DNA of 64,000 bases from the NCBI RefSeq assembly GCF_051903065.1, contig NZ_CP178438.1; one strand, given 5' to 3'. This document shows, piece after piece, positions 13,857 through 25,103 of this stretch (the first letter of the stretch is position 1; the number at the start of each line of letters is the position of its first letter). Made by a program: the position numbers and the translations under genes. The stretch is from Escherichia coli. GTDB lineage: Bacteria; Pseudomonadota; Gammaproteobacteria; Enterobacterales; Enterobacteriaceae. The notes under the pieces were generated by a model that saw only the letters and a program-made list of their open reading frames with translations, was not told the origin of the DNA and made no database searches.

Positions 13857-15296
13857 ATGTCAGTACCCGTTCAACATCCTATGTATATTGATGGACAGTT
13901 TGTTACCTGGCGTGGAGACGCATGGATTGATGTGGTAAACCCTGCTACAGAGGCTGTCATTTCCCGCATTCCCGATGGTCAGGCCGAGGATGCCCGTAAG
14001 GCAATCGATGTAGCAGAACGTGCACAACCAGAATGGGAAGCGTTGCCTGCCATTGAACGCGCCAGTTGGTTGCGCAAAATCTCCGCCGGGATCCGCGAAC
14101 GCGCCAGTGAAATCAGTGCGCTGATTGTTGAAGAAGGGGGCAAGATCCAGCAGCTGGCTGAAGTCGAAGTGGCTTTTACTGCGGACTATATCGATTACAT
14201 GGCGGAGTGGGCACGGCGTTACGAGGGCGAGATTATTCAAAGCGATCGTCCAGGAGAAAATATTCTTCTGTTTAAACGTGCACTTGGCGTGACTACCGGC
14301 ATTCTGCCGTGGAACTTCCCGTTCTTCCTCATTGCCCGCAAAATGGCTCCCGCTCTTTTGACCGGTAATACCATCGTCATTAAACCCAGTGAATTTACGC
14401 CAAACAATGCGATTGCATTCGCCAAAATCGTCGATGAAATAGGCCTTCCGCGCGGCGTGTTTAACCTTGTTCTGGGGCGTGGTGAAACCGTTGGGCAAGA
14501 ACTGGCGGGTAACCCAAAGGTCGCAATGGTCAGTATGACAGGCAGCGTCTCTGCAGGTGAGAAGATCATGGCGACTGCGGCGAAAAACATCACTAAAGTG
14601 TGTCTGGAATTGGGTGGTAAAGCACCAGCTATCGTAATGGACGATGCCGATCTTGAACTGGCAGTCAAAGCCATCGTTGATTCACGCGTCATTAATAGTG
14701 GGCAAGTGTGTAACTGTGCAGAACGTGTTTATGTACAGAAAGGCATTTATGATCAGTTCGTCAATCGGCTGGGTGAAGCGATGCAGGCGGTTCAATTTGG
14801 TAACCCCGCTGAACGCAACGACATTGCGATGGGGCCGTTGATTAACGCCGCGGCGCTGGAAAGGGTCGAGCAAAAAGTGGCGCGCGCAGTAGAAGAAGGG
14901 GCGAGAGTGGCGTTGGGTGGCAAAGCGGTAGAGGGGAAAGGATATTATTATCCGCCGACATTGCTGCTGGATGTTCGCCAGGAAATGTCGATTATGCATG
15001 AGGAAACCTTTGGCCCGGTGCTGCCAGTTGTCGCATTTGACACGCTGGAAGATGCTATCTCAATGGCTAATGACAGTGATTACGGCCTGACCTCATCAAT
15101 CTATACCCAAAATCTGAACGTCGCGATGAAAGCCATTAAAGGGCTGAAGTTTGGTGAAACTTACATCAACCGTGAAAACTTCGAAGCTATGCAAGGCTTC
15201 CACGCCGGATGGCGTAAATCCGGTATTGGCGGCGCAGATGGTAAACATGGCCTGCATGAATATCTGCAGACCCAGGTGGTTTATTTACAGTCTTGA
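13857..15296 (+). CDS. aldA: Lactaldehyde / glycolaldehyde dehydrogenase (NAD+)
   Basis: 479-aa ORF; aldehyde dehydrogenase motifs ELGGKAP and catalytic-Cys region GQVCNCAER. Confidence 0.9.
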   Translation: MSVPVQHPMYIDGQFVTWRGDAWIDVVNPATEAVISRIPDGQAEDARKAIDVAERAQPEWEALPAIERASWLRKISAGIRERASEISALIVEEGGKIQQLAEVEVAFTADYIDYMAEWARRYEGEIIQSDRPGENILLFKRALGVTTGILPWNFPFFLIARKMAPALLTGNTIVIKPSEFTPNNAIAFAKIVDEIGLPRGVFNLVLGRGETVGQELAGNPKVAMVSMTGSVSAGEKIMATAAKNITKVCLELGGKAPAIVMDDADLELAVKAIVDSRVINSGQVCNCAERVYVQKGIYDQFVNRLGEAMQAVQFGNPAERNDIAMGPLINAAALERVEQKVARAVEEGARVALGGKAVEGKGYYYPPTLLLDVRQEMSIMHEETFGPVLPVVAFDTLEDAISMANDSDYGLTSSIYTQNLNVAMKAIKGLKFGETYINRENFEAMQGFHAGWRKSGIGGADGKHGLHEYLQTQVVYLQS

Positions 15297-15306
15297 TGAG
15301 TGAAAG

Positions 15307-15330
15307 AGGCGGAGGTTTTTTCCTCCGCCT
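15307..15330. terminator. Bidirectional rho-independent terminator between aldA and gapC
   Basis: Perfect inverted repeat AGGCGGAGG-TTTTTT-CCTCCGCCT. Confidence 0.8.
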
Positions 15331-15337
15331 GTGCGCG

Positions 15338-16339
15338 TCAGAGTTTAGCGAATTTTTCGAGGGTGCGAATAAGCTGCGTGACGAAGCCATATTCGTTATC
15401 GTACCAGGCGACCGTTTTCACCAGTTGTAAATCGCCCACGGCGGTAATTTCCGTTTGCGTGGCATCAAACACCGAACCGAAATGGCTGCCAATGATATCG
15501 GAAGAGACTATTTCTTCATCGGTATAACCAAATGACTCGTTATTGGTGGTTGCTTGTTTAAGTGCGTTATTCACCTCTTCGGTAGTCACTTTTTTTCCGA
15601 GAATGGACACCAGCTCAGTGACCGAACCTGTTTTCACCGGTACGCGTTGCGCATGACCTTTCAGTTTGCTGCTCAGTTCCGGTATCACCAGACCAATGGC
15701 TTTTGCCGCCCCCGTAGTGTGGGGAATGATATTTTCTGCCGCGGCGCGTGAAGCACGTAAATCTTTACCACGCGGGCCATCCACCAGTGACTGGGTGCCA
15801 GTATATGCATGAATGGTCGTCATCGTGCCGACTTCTATCCCGAAACTGTCATGCAAGGCTTTGGCCATCGGCGCAAGACAGTTAGTAGTGCATGATGCCA
15901 CGGAAACAATGGTGTCGTTGCTATCCAGAGTGTCGTCATTGACGTTATAAACGATAGTTTTCATTTCACCGGCAGGGGCGGAAATCAACACCTTCTTCGC
16001 GCCAGCATCAAGATGCGCCTGCGATTTCTCGGCGGAGGTATAAAAGCCAGTACATTCGACAATGATTTCTGCACCTTTCGCTTTCCACGGAATATTTTTA
16101 GCCTCTTTTTCGGCGTAAACCGCGATACTTTTCCCATTAACGATAAGTGAATCTTCCGTAAAATCAACGCTCCAGGGGAACGGTCCGTAGTTTGAATCAT
16201 GTTTCAGCAGGTAGGCGAGAATTTTTGGAGAAGTGAGATCATTAATAGCGACAACGTCTATGTTGCTTTTGACTTCAAGTAATCGACGCAACACCAGTCG
16301 ACCGATACGACCAAAACCGTTAATACCAACTTTACTCAT
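15338..16339 (-). CDS. gapC: Glyceraldehyde-3-phosphate dehydrogenase, apparently intact
   Basis: Uninterrupted 333-aa ORF; NAD-binding INGFGRIGR and active-site [10 protein letters not shown]. Confidence 0.85.
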   Translation of the reverse strand: MSKVGINGFGRIGRLVLRRLLEVKSNIDVVAINDLTSPKILAYLLKHDSNYGPFPWSVDFTEDSLIVNGKSIAVYAEKEAKNIPWKAKGAEIIVECTGFYTSAEKSQAHLDAGAKKVLISAPAGEMKTIVYNVNDDTLDSNDTIVSVASCTTNCLAPMAKALHDSFGIEVGTMTTIHAYTGTQSLVDGPRGKDLRASRAAAENIIPHTTGAAKAIGLVIPELSSKLKGHAQRVPVKTGSVTELVSILGKKVTTEEVNNALKQATTNNESFGYTDEEIVSSDIIGSHFGSVFDATQTEITAVGDLQLVKTVAWYDNEYGFVTQLIRTLEKFAKL

Positions 16340-16527
16340 GGTTTTCTCCTGTCAGGAACGTTCGGATGAAAATTGATCCTTTCCAGGCTTAGACCAGGAT
16401 GGCGGGATGGGCAATCTCCATTCTTACAGTGAAACGTAACGTACTGAAAACGGGTGAACAATATTTAATGAAATTTTGAGAAAAGCCCGTTATGTTAACG
16501 GAAAATTATGTTAAAGCAGGAAATGTT

Positions 16528-17058
16528 ATGGAAAATAAATACTCAAGGTTACAAATCGGCATTCACTGGCTGGTCTTTTTGCTGGTTATCGCAGCGTGTT
16601 GCGCAATGGAGTTTCGTGGTTTCTTCCCACGTAGCGATCGACCGCTCATCAACATGATTCATGTTTCCTGTGGCATCTTAATTCTCGTGCTGATGGTGGT
16701 TCGTCTTTTGTTAAGACTGAAATACCCAACCCCGCCGATTATACCTAAGCCGAAACCGATGATGACGGGACTGGCGCATTTGGGACATTTGGTGATTTAT
16801 CTCCTGTTTATTGCGCTGCCAGTGATTGGTTTGGTGATAATGTATAACCGGGGCAACCCGTGGTTTGCGTTTGGTTTGACGATGCCTTACGCTTCAGAGG
16901 CCAATTTCGAACGGGTAGATAGCTTAAAGTCGTGGCATGAAACGCTGGCGAATCTGGGATATTTTGTCATCGGGTTGCACGCTGCGGCTGCACTGGCACA
17001 CCACTATTTCTGGAAGGACAACACACTTCTACGCATGATGCCGCGTAAACGTTCCTGA
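16528..17058 (+). CDS. cybB: Cytochrome b561
   Basis: 176-aa multi-TM ORF from internal ATG (MENKYSRLQIGIHW). Confidence 0.85.
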   Translation: MENKYSRLQIGIHWLVFLLVIAACCAMEFRGFFPRSDRPLINMIHVSCGILILVLMVVRLLLRLKYPTPPIIPKPKPMMTGLAHLGHLVIYLLFIALPVIGLVIMYNRGNPWFAFGLTMPYASEANFERVDSLKSWHETLANLGYFVIGLHAAAALAHHYFWKDNTLLRMMPRKRS

Positions 17059-17302
17059 AGGATATTTAAAGAAAACGCCTGTACTAAAACCGACCCGTGG
17101 TACAGGCGAAGAATACGGGTCTACATCGGAAGCGCCTATTATATTTATTTGTATGATAAATAAAACCATAATCCTTGCCCATACGTCCATCTGGCTTATT
17201 TTTAATCAATTCACCCGATCTTTGATCTCATCAACGGTATCAAAATAAACCAGCGTATAACGTTCAAATCGCACATAAGATTCGATAAACCATGGAGGTT
17301 AT

Positions 17303-17476
17303 ATGAAAAAACTGGCACTTATTTTGTTTATGGGAACGCTTGTTTCCTTTTATGCCGATGCCGGGCGCAAACCCTGTTCTGGTTCGAAAGGGGGGATCTC
17401 ACACTGTACGGCAGGCGGCAAATTTGTCTGTAATGATGGTTCTATTAGTGCATCGAAAAAAACATGCACTGACTGA
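17303..17476 (+). CDS. ydcA: Small secreted protein (57 aa)
   Basis: Short ORF MKKLALILFMGTLVSFYADA with signal peptide; RBS GGAGG upstream. Confidence 0.6.
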   Translation: MKKLALILFMGTLVSFYADAGRKPCSGSKGGISHCTAGGKFVCNDGSISASKKTCTD

Positions 17477-17547
17477 AGTGTAAAAGGGGTGCCATGAGAA
17501 AATGAATCTGCTAGTCAGATGCGCGGGGAAAATCCCCGCGCTTGCCC

Positions 17548-17697
<150 letters not shown>

Positions 17698-17760
17698 AGC
17701 CTTTCTCCTTGCCGGATGGCGGGTAAGAGGCTAACATCTGAATTGCTTGGTTCATTCGTT
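17698..17760 (+). ncRNA. sokB: Candidate sokB antisense RNA region (antitoxin of hokB)
   Basis: Inferred from hok/sok locus organisation (antisense to the mok/hok leader); boundaries not determined. Confidence 0.3.
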
Positions 17761-18029
17761 GGCCTCGGTTGATAGAAATATCGGTCGGGGCCTTCGTCTT
17801 TCTGATTCCCGGTTAGCCTGAAAACAGAAAGTCTCAGGCACCCGTGAGCATCCTATGTGGTTTCCTTAGGGACGAAAATAATCACCTGACGAAATTGCGT
17901 GCTGTTTTCCAGAATTTTTCGTCATTCGGGTTAGCCAGTTTAACCATTCGTTACTCTCTTCATTCCAATGGCATTAATCTTCTCTGCAATAATTGTTGTA
18001 AAAATGTGACGCAAAGAGGCTTTTAGTCG

Positions 18030-18056
18030 TAAGTAATTACCGTCAAATGCCGATGA
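18030..18056 (+). promoter_or_regulatory. Sigma-28 (FliA) promoter candidate for trg
   Basis: TAAGTAAT - 11 nt - GCCGATGA, about 40 bp upstream of trg ATG; matches TAAAGTTT-N11-GCCGATAA. Confidence 0.6.
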
Positions 18057-18095
18057 CTTTCTATCAGGAGTAAACCTGGACGAGAGACAACGGTA

Positions 18096-19736
18096 ATGAA
18101 TACAACTCCCTCACAGCGATTAGGTTTTTTGCATCACATCAGGTTGGTTCCGTTATTTGCCTGCATTCTAGGCGGTATCTTAGTTCTATTCGCATTAAGT
18201 TCAGCCCTGGCTGGCTATTTCCTCTGGCAGGCCGATCGCGATCAGCGTGATGTTACTGCGGAGATTGAAATTCGGACCGGGTTAGCGAACAGTTCAGATT
18301 TTTTGCGTTCAGCCCGGATCAATATGATTCAGGCCGGGGCTGCGAGTCGTATTGCGGAAATGGAAGCAATGAAGCGAAATATTGCGCAAGCCGAATCGGA
18401 GATTAAACAGTCGCAGCAAGGTTATCGTGCTTATCAGAATAGGCCGGTGAAAACACCTGCTGATGAAGCCCTCGACACTGAATTAAATCAACGCTTCCAG
18501 GCTTATATCACGGGTATGCAACCTATGATGAAATATGCCAAAAATGGCATGTTTGAAGCGATTATCAATCATGAAAGTGAGCAGATCCGACCGCTGGATA
18601 ATGCTTATACCGATATTTTGAACAAAGCCGTTAAGATACGTAGCACCAGAGCCAACCAACTGGCGGAACTGGCCCATCAGCGCACCAGCCTGGGTGGGAT
18701 GTTTATGATTGGCGCGTTTGTGCTTGCCCTGGTCATGACGCTGATAACATTTATGGTGCTACGTCGGATCGTCATTCGTCCACTGCAACATGCCGCACAA
18801 CGGATTGAAAAAATCGCCAGTGGCGATCTGACGATGAATGATGAACCGGCGGGTCGTAATGAAATCGGTCGCTTAAGTCGTCATTTACAGCAAATGCAGC
18901 ATTCACTGGGGATGACAGTAGGGACTGTTCGACAGGGCGCGGAAGAGATTTATCGTGGCACCAGCGAAATTTCCGCTGGCAATGCGGACCTTTCATCTCG
19001 CACCGAAGAACAAGCGGCGGCTATCGAACAAACTGCCGCCAGCATGGAGCAACTCACTGCGACGGTGAAACAGAATGCGGATAACGCGCATCATGCCAGC
19101 AAACTGGCGCAAGAGGCTTCTATTAAAGCCAGCGATGGCGGGCAAACGGTTTCCGGTGTAGTAAAAACGATGGGCGCTATCTCTATGAGTTCGAAGAAAA
19201 TTTCTGAGATCACCGCCGTCATCAACAGTATTGCTTTCCAGACGAATATTCTGGCACTGAATGCTGCCGTTGAAGCCGCGCGAGCGGGTGAGCAAGGGCG
19301 TGGATTTGCCGTTGTCGCCAGCGAAGTACGGACACTCGCAAGCCGCAGCGCTCAGGCGGCGAAAGAGATTGAAGGCTTGATCAGTGAATCAGTCAGGTTA
19401 ATTGACCTGGGGTCGGATGAGGTGGCAACGGCAGGGAAAACCATGAGCACTATTGTTGATGCCGTCGCGAGTGTCACACATATCATGCAGGAAATCGCCG
19501 CCGCCTCGGATGAACAAAGTAGAGGCATAACTCAGGTTAGCCAGGCGATTTCTGAAATGGATAAGGTGACGCAACAGAATGCTTCTCTGGTAGAAGAGGC
19601 CTCAGCAGCGGCGGTGTCCCTTGAAGAACAGGCTGCACGATTAACTGAGGCGGTGGACGTATTCCGTCTGAACAAACATTCTGTGTCGGCAGAACCTCGC
19701 GGAGCGGGTGAACAAGTTAGTTTCGCTACGGTGTGA
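18096..19736 (+). CDS. trg: Methyl-accepting chemotaxis protein III (ribose/galactose sensor)
   Basis: 546-aa ORF; two TM segments, HAMP, conserved MCP signalling domain ([36 protein letters not shown]). Confidence 0.9.
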   Translation: MNTTPSQRLGFLHHIRLVPLFACILGGILVLFALSSALAGYFLWQADRDQRDVTAEIEIRTGLANSSDFLRSARINMIQAGAASRIAEMEAMKRNIAQAESEIKQSQQGYRAYQNRPVKTPADEALDTELNQRFQAYITGMQPMMKYAKNGMFEAIINHESEQIRPLDNAYTDILNKAVKIRSTRANQLAELAHQRTSLGGMFMIGAFVLALVMTLITFMVLRRIVIRPLQHAAQRIEKIASGDLTMNDEPAGRNEIGRLSRHLQQMQHSLGMTVGTVRQGAEEIYRGTSEISAGNADLSSRTEEQAAAIEQTAASMEQLTATVKQNADNAHHASKLAQEASIKASDGGQTVSGVVKTMGAISMSSKKISEITAVINSIAFQTNILALNAAVEAARAGEQGRGFAVVASEVRTLASRSAQAAKEIEGLISESVRLIDLGSDEVATAGKTMSTIVDAVASVTHIMQEIAAASDEQSRGITQVSQAISEMDKVTQQNASLVEEASAAAVSLEEQAARLTEAVDVFRLNKHSVSAEPRGAGEQVSFATV

Positions 19737-19748
19737 AAATGTTCAAGG

Positions 19749-19766
19749 AGGGATCGACAGATCCCT
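19749..19766. terminator. Hairpin between convergent trg and ydcI
   Basis: AGGGAT-CGACAG-ATCCCT inverted repeat; weak T tract. Confidence 0.4.
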
Positions 19767-19773
19767 TCACCTT

Positions 19774-20697
19774 TCAGAACGGCATTGATTTTCGAATAGC
19801 GTTAATCATCAACTGGCAACCAGAAGAGAACGTCGCATCTACGCGGGTCAGTATTCCAATCGGTTCGCCTGCACCATGTCCCGGAACAGGCAGGGCCACC
19901 AGCGTGGCATGACGCAGGTCGTCTTTTACCGCGCCAGAAGGGACAAACCACACGTAATCGTATTCAACCGTAAGTTGACGGGATAGCGAAGCAGACAGCG
20001 TTTCGATACAACCCGAAGGAATTTTACATCCCTGGCTCTGCACTAATGCATCTGAATGCTGGCGTGGCGCAGTGCCTTCTGGTGATACAACGACCGGCCA
20101 TTCCAGCACCCGGCTTAGCGTTACGTTCTCCTGAAGTAGCGGATGATTAGGGCGGACAACCAGCTTCAGCGATTCAAGAAACAGCAGTTCGTAATTAAGC
20201 CCGGTCATCAGTTCAGGATCTGACATCCGACCAATGCCGATATCGATTTCCCCGGTTTTCAACCCCGCCAGAATCATAGGGTTACTCATTGTCGCAACTT
20301 GCAAGGTCGTCTCTTTTTGTTGCTGATGAAACTGACCTATAACCGAAGGTAATATCCCCAGTGCCGCAGTAGGTAGTGCACCAACCCTGACGACATCATT
20401 ATTAGGACCTTCTTTACGATTAAGCGACTGTCCGGCAGTGTTGATGGCGTCAAGAACTCTGACTGCATGCGTTAAAAATTGTTCGCCGGGTAAGGTAAGT
20501 TGCGCCCCCTGACGACCACGCTCAAACAAGCGAGCGCCCGTCAGCTGCTCCAGTTCATTCAATGTTTTAGAGAGCGCAGGTTGACTCAAATTAAGGGTTT
20601 CAGCCGCGCGCCCCAAAGTTCCTTGTTGTGCGACAGCTACGAATGTATGAAGGTGGCGCAAACGGATGCGCTGACTAAACAGACTATTTTTTTCCAT
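19774..20697 (-). CDS. ydcI: LysR-family transcriptional regulator
   Basis: ORF 19774-20838; start placed at internal ATG giving 307 aa; N-terminal HTH (LRHLHTFVAVAQQGTLGRAAETLNLSQPALSKTLNELE). Confidence 0.8.
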   Translation of the reverse strand: MEKNSLFSQRIRLRHLHTFVAVAQQGTLGRAAETLNLSQPALSKTLNELEQLTGARLFERGRQGAQLTLPGEQFLTHAVRVLDAINTAGQSLNRKEGPNNDVVRVGALPTAALGILPSVIGQFHQQQKETTLQVATMSNPMILAGLKTGEIDIGIGRMSDPELMTGLNYELLFLESLKLVVRPNHPLLQENVTLSRVLEWPVVVSPEGTAPRQHSDALVQSQGCKIPSGCIETLSASLSRQLTVEYDYVWFVPSGAVKDDLRHATLVALPVPGHGAGEPIGILTRVDATFSSGCQLMINAIRKSMPF

Positions 20698-20913
20698 AAG
20701 CGATGTTAAAAACGAAGCGGTGTCGCTGACAAGTGAAGTTGTTTGATTATGATAACTTGATTGCAAAGTATTATTAACAATTAAAGCAATTATGTTACAG
20801 CAAAATGGATAATATTGATGTTTTCGCGGCGAGATCACAGTTTGTAAATTCTTCCCGCCGGAGTGAATGCGGTTACCTACACTCCAGATTACTGACCACT
20901 GGAGGCAGACACT

Positions 20914-22257
20914 ATGGCGAACAGCATCACGGCGGATGAGATTCGGGAACAGTTTTCGCAGGCAATGTCAGCCATGTACCAGCAAGAAGTTCCGCAATAT
21001 GGCACGCTGCTGGAACTGGTAGCTGATGTGAATCTGGCTGTGCTGGAAAACAATCCTCAACTGCACGAAAAAATGGTAAATGCAGACGAGCTGGCGCGAC
21101 TGAATGTTGAACGTCATGGGGCGATTCGCGTTGGGACTGCACAAGAGCTTGCTACTCTTCGGCGGATGTTTGCCATTATGGGGATGTACCCGGTGAGCTA
21201 TTACGATCTCTCGCAGGCAGGGGTGCCGGTACATTCGACAGCATTTCGGCCCATTGATGATGCTTCTCTGGCGCGTAATCCCTTCCGCGTTTTTACCTCC
21301 TTACTCCGCCTTGAGCTTATCGAGAACGAAATTTTGCGCCAGAAAGCGGCGGAGATTCTGCGTCAGCGCGATATCTTCACCCCACGTTGCCGACAACTGT
21401 TAGAGGAATATGAGCAGCAGGGCGGTTTTAACGAAACACAGGCACAGGAGTTTGTGCAGGAAGCCCTGGAAACGTTTCGCTGGCACCAGTCAGCAACGGT
21501 AGATGAAGAAACCTATCGCGCCTTGCACAACGAACATCGGTTGATTGCTGATGTGGTCTGTTTTCCTGGATGCCATATCAACCATCTGACGCCACGTACG
21601 CTGGATATTGACCGGGTGCAGTCGATGATGCCTGAATGCGGAATTGAACCAAAAATTCTGATCGAAGGGCCGCCGCGCCGCGAGGTACCGATTTTACTAC
21701 GCCAGACCAGCTTTAAAGCACTGGAAGAGACGGTGTTGTTTGCGGGACAGAAACAGGGCACGCATACTGCGCGCTTTGGTGAAATTGAGCAGCGTGGCGT
21801 GGCATTAACGCCGAAAGGGCGACAACTGTATGATGATCTTCTGCGTAACGCTGGAACCGGGCAGGATAATCTCACTCACCAAATGCATTTACAGGAAACC
21901 TTCCGCACTTTTCCTGACAGTGAGTTTTTAATGCGTCAGCAAGGGCTGGCATGGTTCCGGTACCGTCTGACGCCTTCAGGTGAGGCGCATCGTCAGGCGA
22001 TTCATCCCGGAGACGATCCACAGCCCTTAATTGAACGTGGTTGGGTCGCGGCGCAACCCATTACCTATGAAGATTTCTTGCCCGTTAGCGCGGCGGGGAT
22101 CTTCCAGTCAAATCTGGGTAATGAAACGCAGGCACGCAGCCACGGTAATGCTAGTCGCGAAGCATTTGAGCAGGCGTTGGGTTGTCCGGTTTTGGATGAG
22201 TTCCAGCTTTATCAGGAAGCGGAAGAACGCAGTAAACGTCGCTGTGGTTTGCTTTAA
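20914..22257 (+). CDS. ydcJ: DUF1338-family metalloprotein
   Basis: 447-aa ORF. Confidence 0.8.
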   Translation: MANSITADEIREQFSQAMSAMYQQEVPQYGTLLELVADVNLAVLENNPQLHEKMVNADELARLNVERHGAIRVGTAQELATLRRMFAIMGMYPVSYYDLSQAGVPVHSTAFRPIDDASLARNPFRVFTSLLRLELIENEILRQKAAEILRQRDIFTPRCRQLLEEYEQQGGFNETQAQEFVQEALETFRWHQSATVDEETYRALHNEHRLIADVVCFPGCHINHLTPRTLDIDRVQSMMPECGIEPKILIEGPPRREVPILLRQTSFKALEETVLFAGQKQGTHTARFGEIEQRGVALTPKGRQLYDDLLRNAGTGQDNLTHQMHLQETFRTFPDSEFLMRQQGLAWFRYRLTPSGEAHRQAIHPGDDPQPLIERGWVAAQPITYEDFLPVSAAGIFQSNLGNETQARSHGNASREAFEQALGCPVLDEFQLYQEAEERSKRRCGLL

Positions 22258-22481
22258 ATTCTGACCATCCGCCTTTGCAAAAATTTGCCTGATTTTACAA
22301 ACGAATCAGGCTCATCCCATCGACATAAAAAAAATGCCGATTTATGCATATTCTCTCAGTTCAACAATTGGATTATTAATAAATATTGTCTAGAGTGAGC
22401 GGTCATAAATAAGCACTTTCTTGCCGCTGAAAACGACCAGCGCGGGACCATTCACAACACCAGAAGGACTCACTTTCAGGT

Positions 22482-24137
22482 ATGGATCGTAGACGATTTA
22501 TTAAAGGTTCAATGGCTATGGCCGCCGTGTGCGGTACCAGCGGCATTGCTTCTCTTTTTTCTCAGGCGGCATTCGCGGCAGATTCTGATATTGCCGACGG
22601 GCAAACCCAGCGTTTTGACTTCTCCATTCTACAGTCAATGGCGCACGACTTAGCGCAAACAGCGTGGCGTGGTGCGCCTCGTCCGTTACCTGACACGCTG
22701 GCGACAATGACGCCGCAGGCTTATAACAGTATTCAATACGACGCCGAAAAATCGCTCTGGCATAACGTTGAGAACCGTCAACTGGACGCTCAGTTCTTCC
22801 ATATGGGAATGGGATTCCGTCGCCGCGTTCGTATGTTTTCTGTAGATCCAGCAACACATCTGGCGCGTGAAATTCACTTTCGCCCGGAGTTGTTCAAATA
22901 CAACGATGCAGGTGTTGATACCAAACAATTAGAAGGGCAAAGCGATCTCGGCTTTGCCGGTTTTCGCGTGTTTAAAGCCCCCGAACTGGCGCGCCGTGAT
23001 GTAGTATCATTCCTTGGCGCGAGTTATTTCCGCGCCGTTGATGACACATATCAATACGGTTTGTCGGCCCGCGGCCTGGCGATTGACACTTACACCGACA
23101 GTAAAGAAGAGTTCCCCGACTTTACCGCCTTCTGGTTTGATACGGTAAAACCGGGGGCAACTACCTTTACCGTTTATGCGTTGCTCGATAGCGCCAGCAT
23201 TACTGGTGCCTATAAGTTCACTATCCATTGTGAGAAAAGTCAGGTGATTATGGATGTGGAAAATCACCTGTATGCGCGCAAAGACATTAAACAGCTGGGC
23301 ATTGCGCCGATGACCAGTATGTTCAGCTGCGGTACTAATGAACGACGGATGTGCGACACCATTCATCCGCAAATTCATGACTCTGATCGTCTGTCCATGT
23401 GGCGGGGCAACGGCGAGTGGATTTGCCGTCCGCTGAATAATCCGCAAAAATTGCAGTTCAATGCTTACACCGACAACAACCCGAAAGGGTTTGGTTTATT
23501 GCAACTGGATCGTGACTTCTCCCATTATCAGGACATTATGGGCTGGTATAACAAACGCCCAAGTCTGTGGGTGGAACCGCGTAACAAGTGGGGTAAGGGC
23601 ACCATCGGCCTGATGGAAATCCCAACAACGGGCGAAACGCTGGATAACATTGTCTGCTTCTGGCAGCCAGAAAAAACTGTAAAAGCGGGTGATGAGTTTG
23701 CATTCCAGTATCGTCTGTACTGGAGTGCGCAACCGCCTGTTCATTGCCCATTAGCGCGCGTTATGGCGACGCGTACCGGCATGGGCGGTTTCCCGGAAGG
23801 TTGGGCGCCAGGTGAACACTATCCCGAAAAATGGGCGCGTCGTTTTGCCGTCGATTTCGTTGGTGGTGATCTGAAAGCTGCCGCACCAAAAGGCATTGAG
23901 CCGGTGATTACGCTTTCCAGTGGGGAAGCGAAGCAAATCGAAATTCTCTATATTGAACCCATTGATGGTTATCGTATTCAGTTTGACTGGTATCCGACTT
24001 CGGACTCCACTGATCCGGTCGATATGCGGATGTATCTGCGTTGTCAGGGGGACGCTATCAGTGAAACATGGCTGTATCAGTATTTCCCGCCAGCGCCGGA
24101 TAAACGTCAGTATGTTGACGACCGCGTGATGAGTTAA
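22482..24137 (+). CDS. opgD: Glucans biosynthesis protein D (periplasmic, Tat-exported)
   Basis: 551-aa ORF; twin-arginine signal [16 protein letters not shown]. Confidence 0.9.
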   Translation: MDRRRFIKGSMAMAAVCGTSGIASLFSQAAFAADSDIADGQTQRFDFSILQSMAHDLAQTAWRGAPRPLPDTLATMTPQAYNSIQYDAEKSLWHNVENRQLDAQFFHMGMGFRRRVRMFSVDPATHLAREIHFRPELFKYNDAGVDTKQLEGQSDLGFAGFRVFKAPELARRDVVSFLGASYFRAVDDTYQYGLSARGLAIDTYTDSKEEFPDFTAFWFDTVKPGATTFTVYALLDSASITGAYKFTIHCEKSQVIMDVENHLYARKDIKQLGIAPMTSMFSCGTNERRMCDTIHPQIHDSDRLSMWRGNGEWICRPLNNPQKLQFNAYTDNNPKGFGLLQLDRDFSHYQDIMGWYNKRPSLWVEPRNKWGKGTIGLMEIPTTGETLDNIVCFWQPEKTVKAGDEFAFQYRLYWSAQPPVHCPLARVMATRTGMGGFPEGWAPGEHYPEKWARRFAVDFVGGDLKAAAPKGIEPVITLSSGEAKQIEILYIEPIDGYRIQFDWYPTSDSTDPVDMRMYLRCQGDAISETWLYQYFPPAPDKRQYVDDRVMS

Positions 24138-24276
24138 TCGTTTTTTCTTCGGCACCTTCTTCGGGAGGTGCCGTCTGGTTAAACACGATCCCGCTCGCAT
24201 TTTTCCCTAAGTTAAATGAGTAATCTGATGGTGTGTATTTCAGATACACCTTGTCAGCCACTAACAGGGAGTGCGT

Positions 24277-24501
24277 ATGTTTCCAGAATATCGAGATTTA
24301 ATATCCCGTCTGAAAAACGAAAATCCTCGCTTTATGTCCTTGTTCGATAAACACAATAAACTTGATCATGAAATTGCCAGAAAGGAAGGTTCCGACGGTC
24401 GAGGGTACAATGCGGAAGTGGTCCGCATGAAAAAACAAAAGCTACAGTTAAAAGATGAGATGCTCAAAATCCTGCAGCATGAGAGCGTCAAAGAGGTGTA
24501 A
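24277..24501 (+). CDS. ydcH: DUF465-family small protein
   Basis: 74-aa ORF from first ATG (ORF track starts at GTG 24271). Confidence 0.7.
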   Translation: MFPEYRDLISRLKNENPRFMSLFDKHNKLDHEIARKEGSDGRGYNAEVVRMKKQKLQLKDEMLKILQHESVKEV

Positions 24502-24510
24502 ACTTTCCTA

Positions 24511-24534
24511 AGCCGCCAGCCAGGCGGCTTTTTT
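24511..24534 (+). terminator. Rho-independent terminator after ydcH
   Basis: AGCCGCC-AGCCA-GGCGGCT followed by TTTTTT. Confidence 0.7.
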
Positions 24535-24563
24535 AACAACTGCATGGATTGACTGGAGATAAG

Positions 24564-25103
24564 ATGACTGAAACGATAAAAGTAAGCGAATCACTTGAAT
24601 TACATGCTGTTGCAGAAAATCACGTCACTCCTCTTTATCAGTTAATCTGTAAAAATAAAACCTGGTTACAGCAGTCGCTAAACTGGCCGCAGTTCGTTCA
24701 GAGTGAAGAGGACACGCGAAAAACGGTGCAGGGTAATGTGATGTTGCATCAACGCGGCTATGCCAAAATGTTCATGATTTTCAAAGAAGATGAACTTATC
24801 GGCGTTATCTCGTTTAATCGTATTGAACCACTGAACAAAACCGCTGAAATCGGCTACTGGCTGGACGAATCTCATCAGGGGCAGGGGATCATTTCTCAGG
24901 CGCTGCAGGCACTGATTCATCATTACGCCCAGTCTGGTGAACTTAGACGCTTCGTGATCAAATGTCGGGTGGACAATCCGCAAAGCAACCAGGTCGCTTT
25001 GCGCAATGGTTTTATCCTTGAAGGTTGCCTGAAACAGGCTGAGTTCCTGAATGATGCCTATGATGATGTGAACTTATACGCGCGTATTATCGATTCACAA
25101 TAA
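24564..25103 (+). CDS. rimL: Ribosomal-protein L7/L12 serine N-acetyltransferase (GNAT)
   Basis: 179-aa ORF from internal ATG; GNAT fold sequence. Confidence 0.85.
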   Translation: MTETIKVSESLELHAVAENHVTPLYQLICKNKTWLQQSLNWPQFVQSEEDTRKTVQGNVMLHQRGYAKMFMIFKEDELIGVISFNRIEPLNKTAEIGYWLDESHQGQGIISQALQALIHHYAQSGELRRFVIKCRVDNPQSNQVALRNGFILEGCLKQAEFLNDAYDDVNLYARIIDSQ

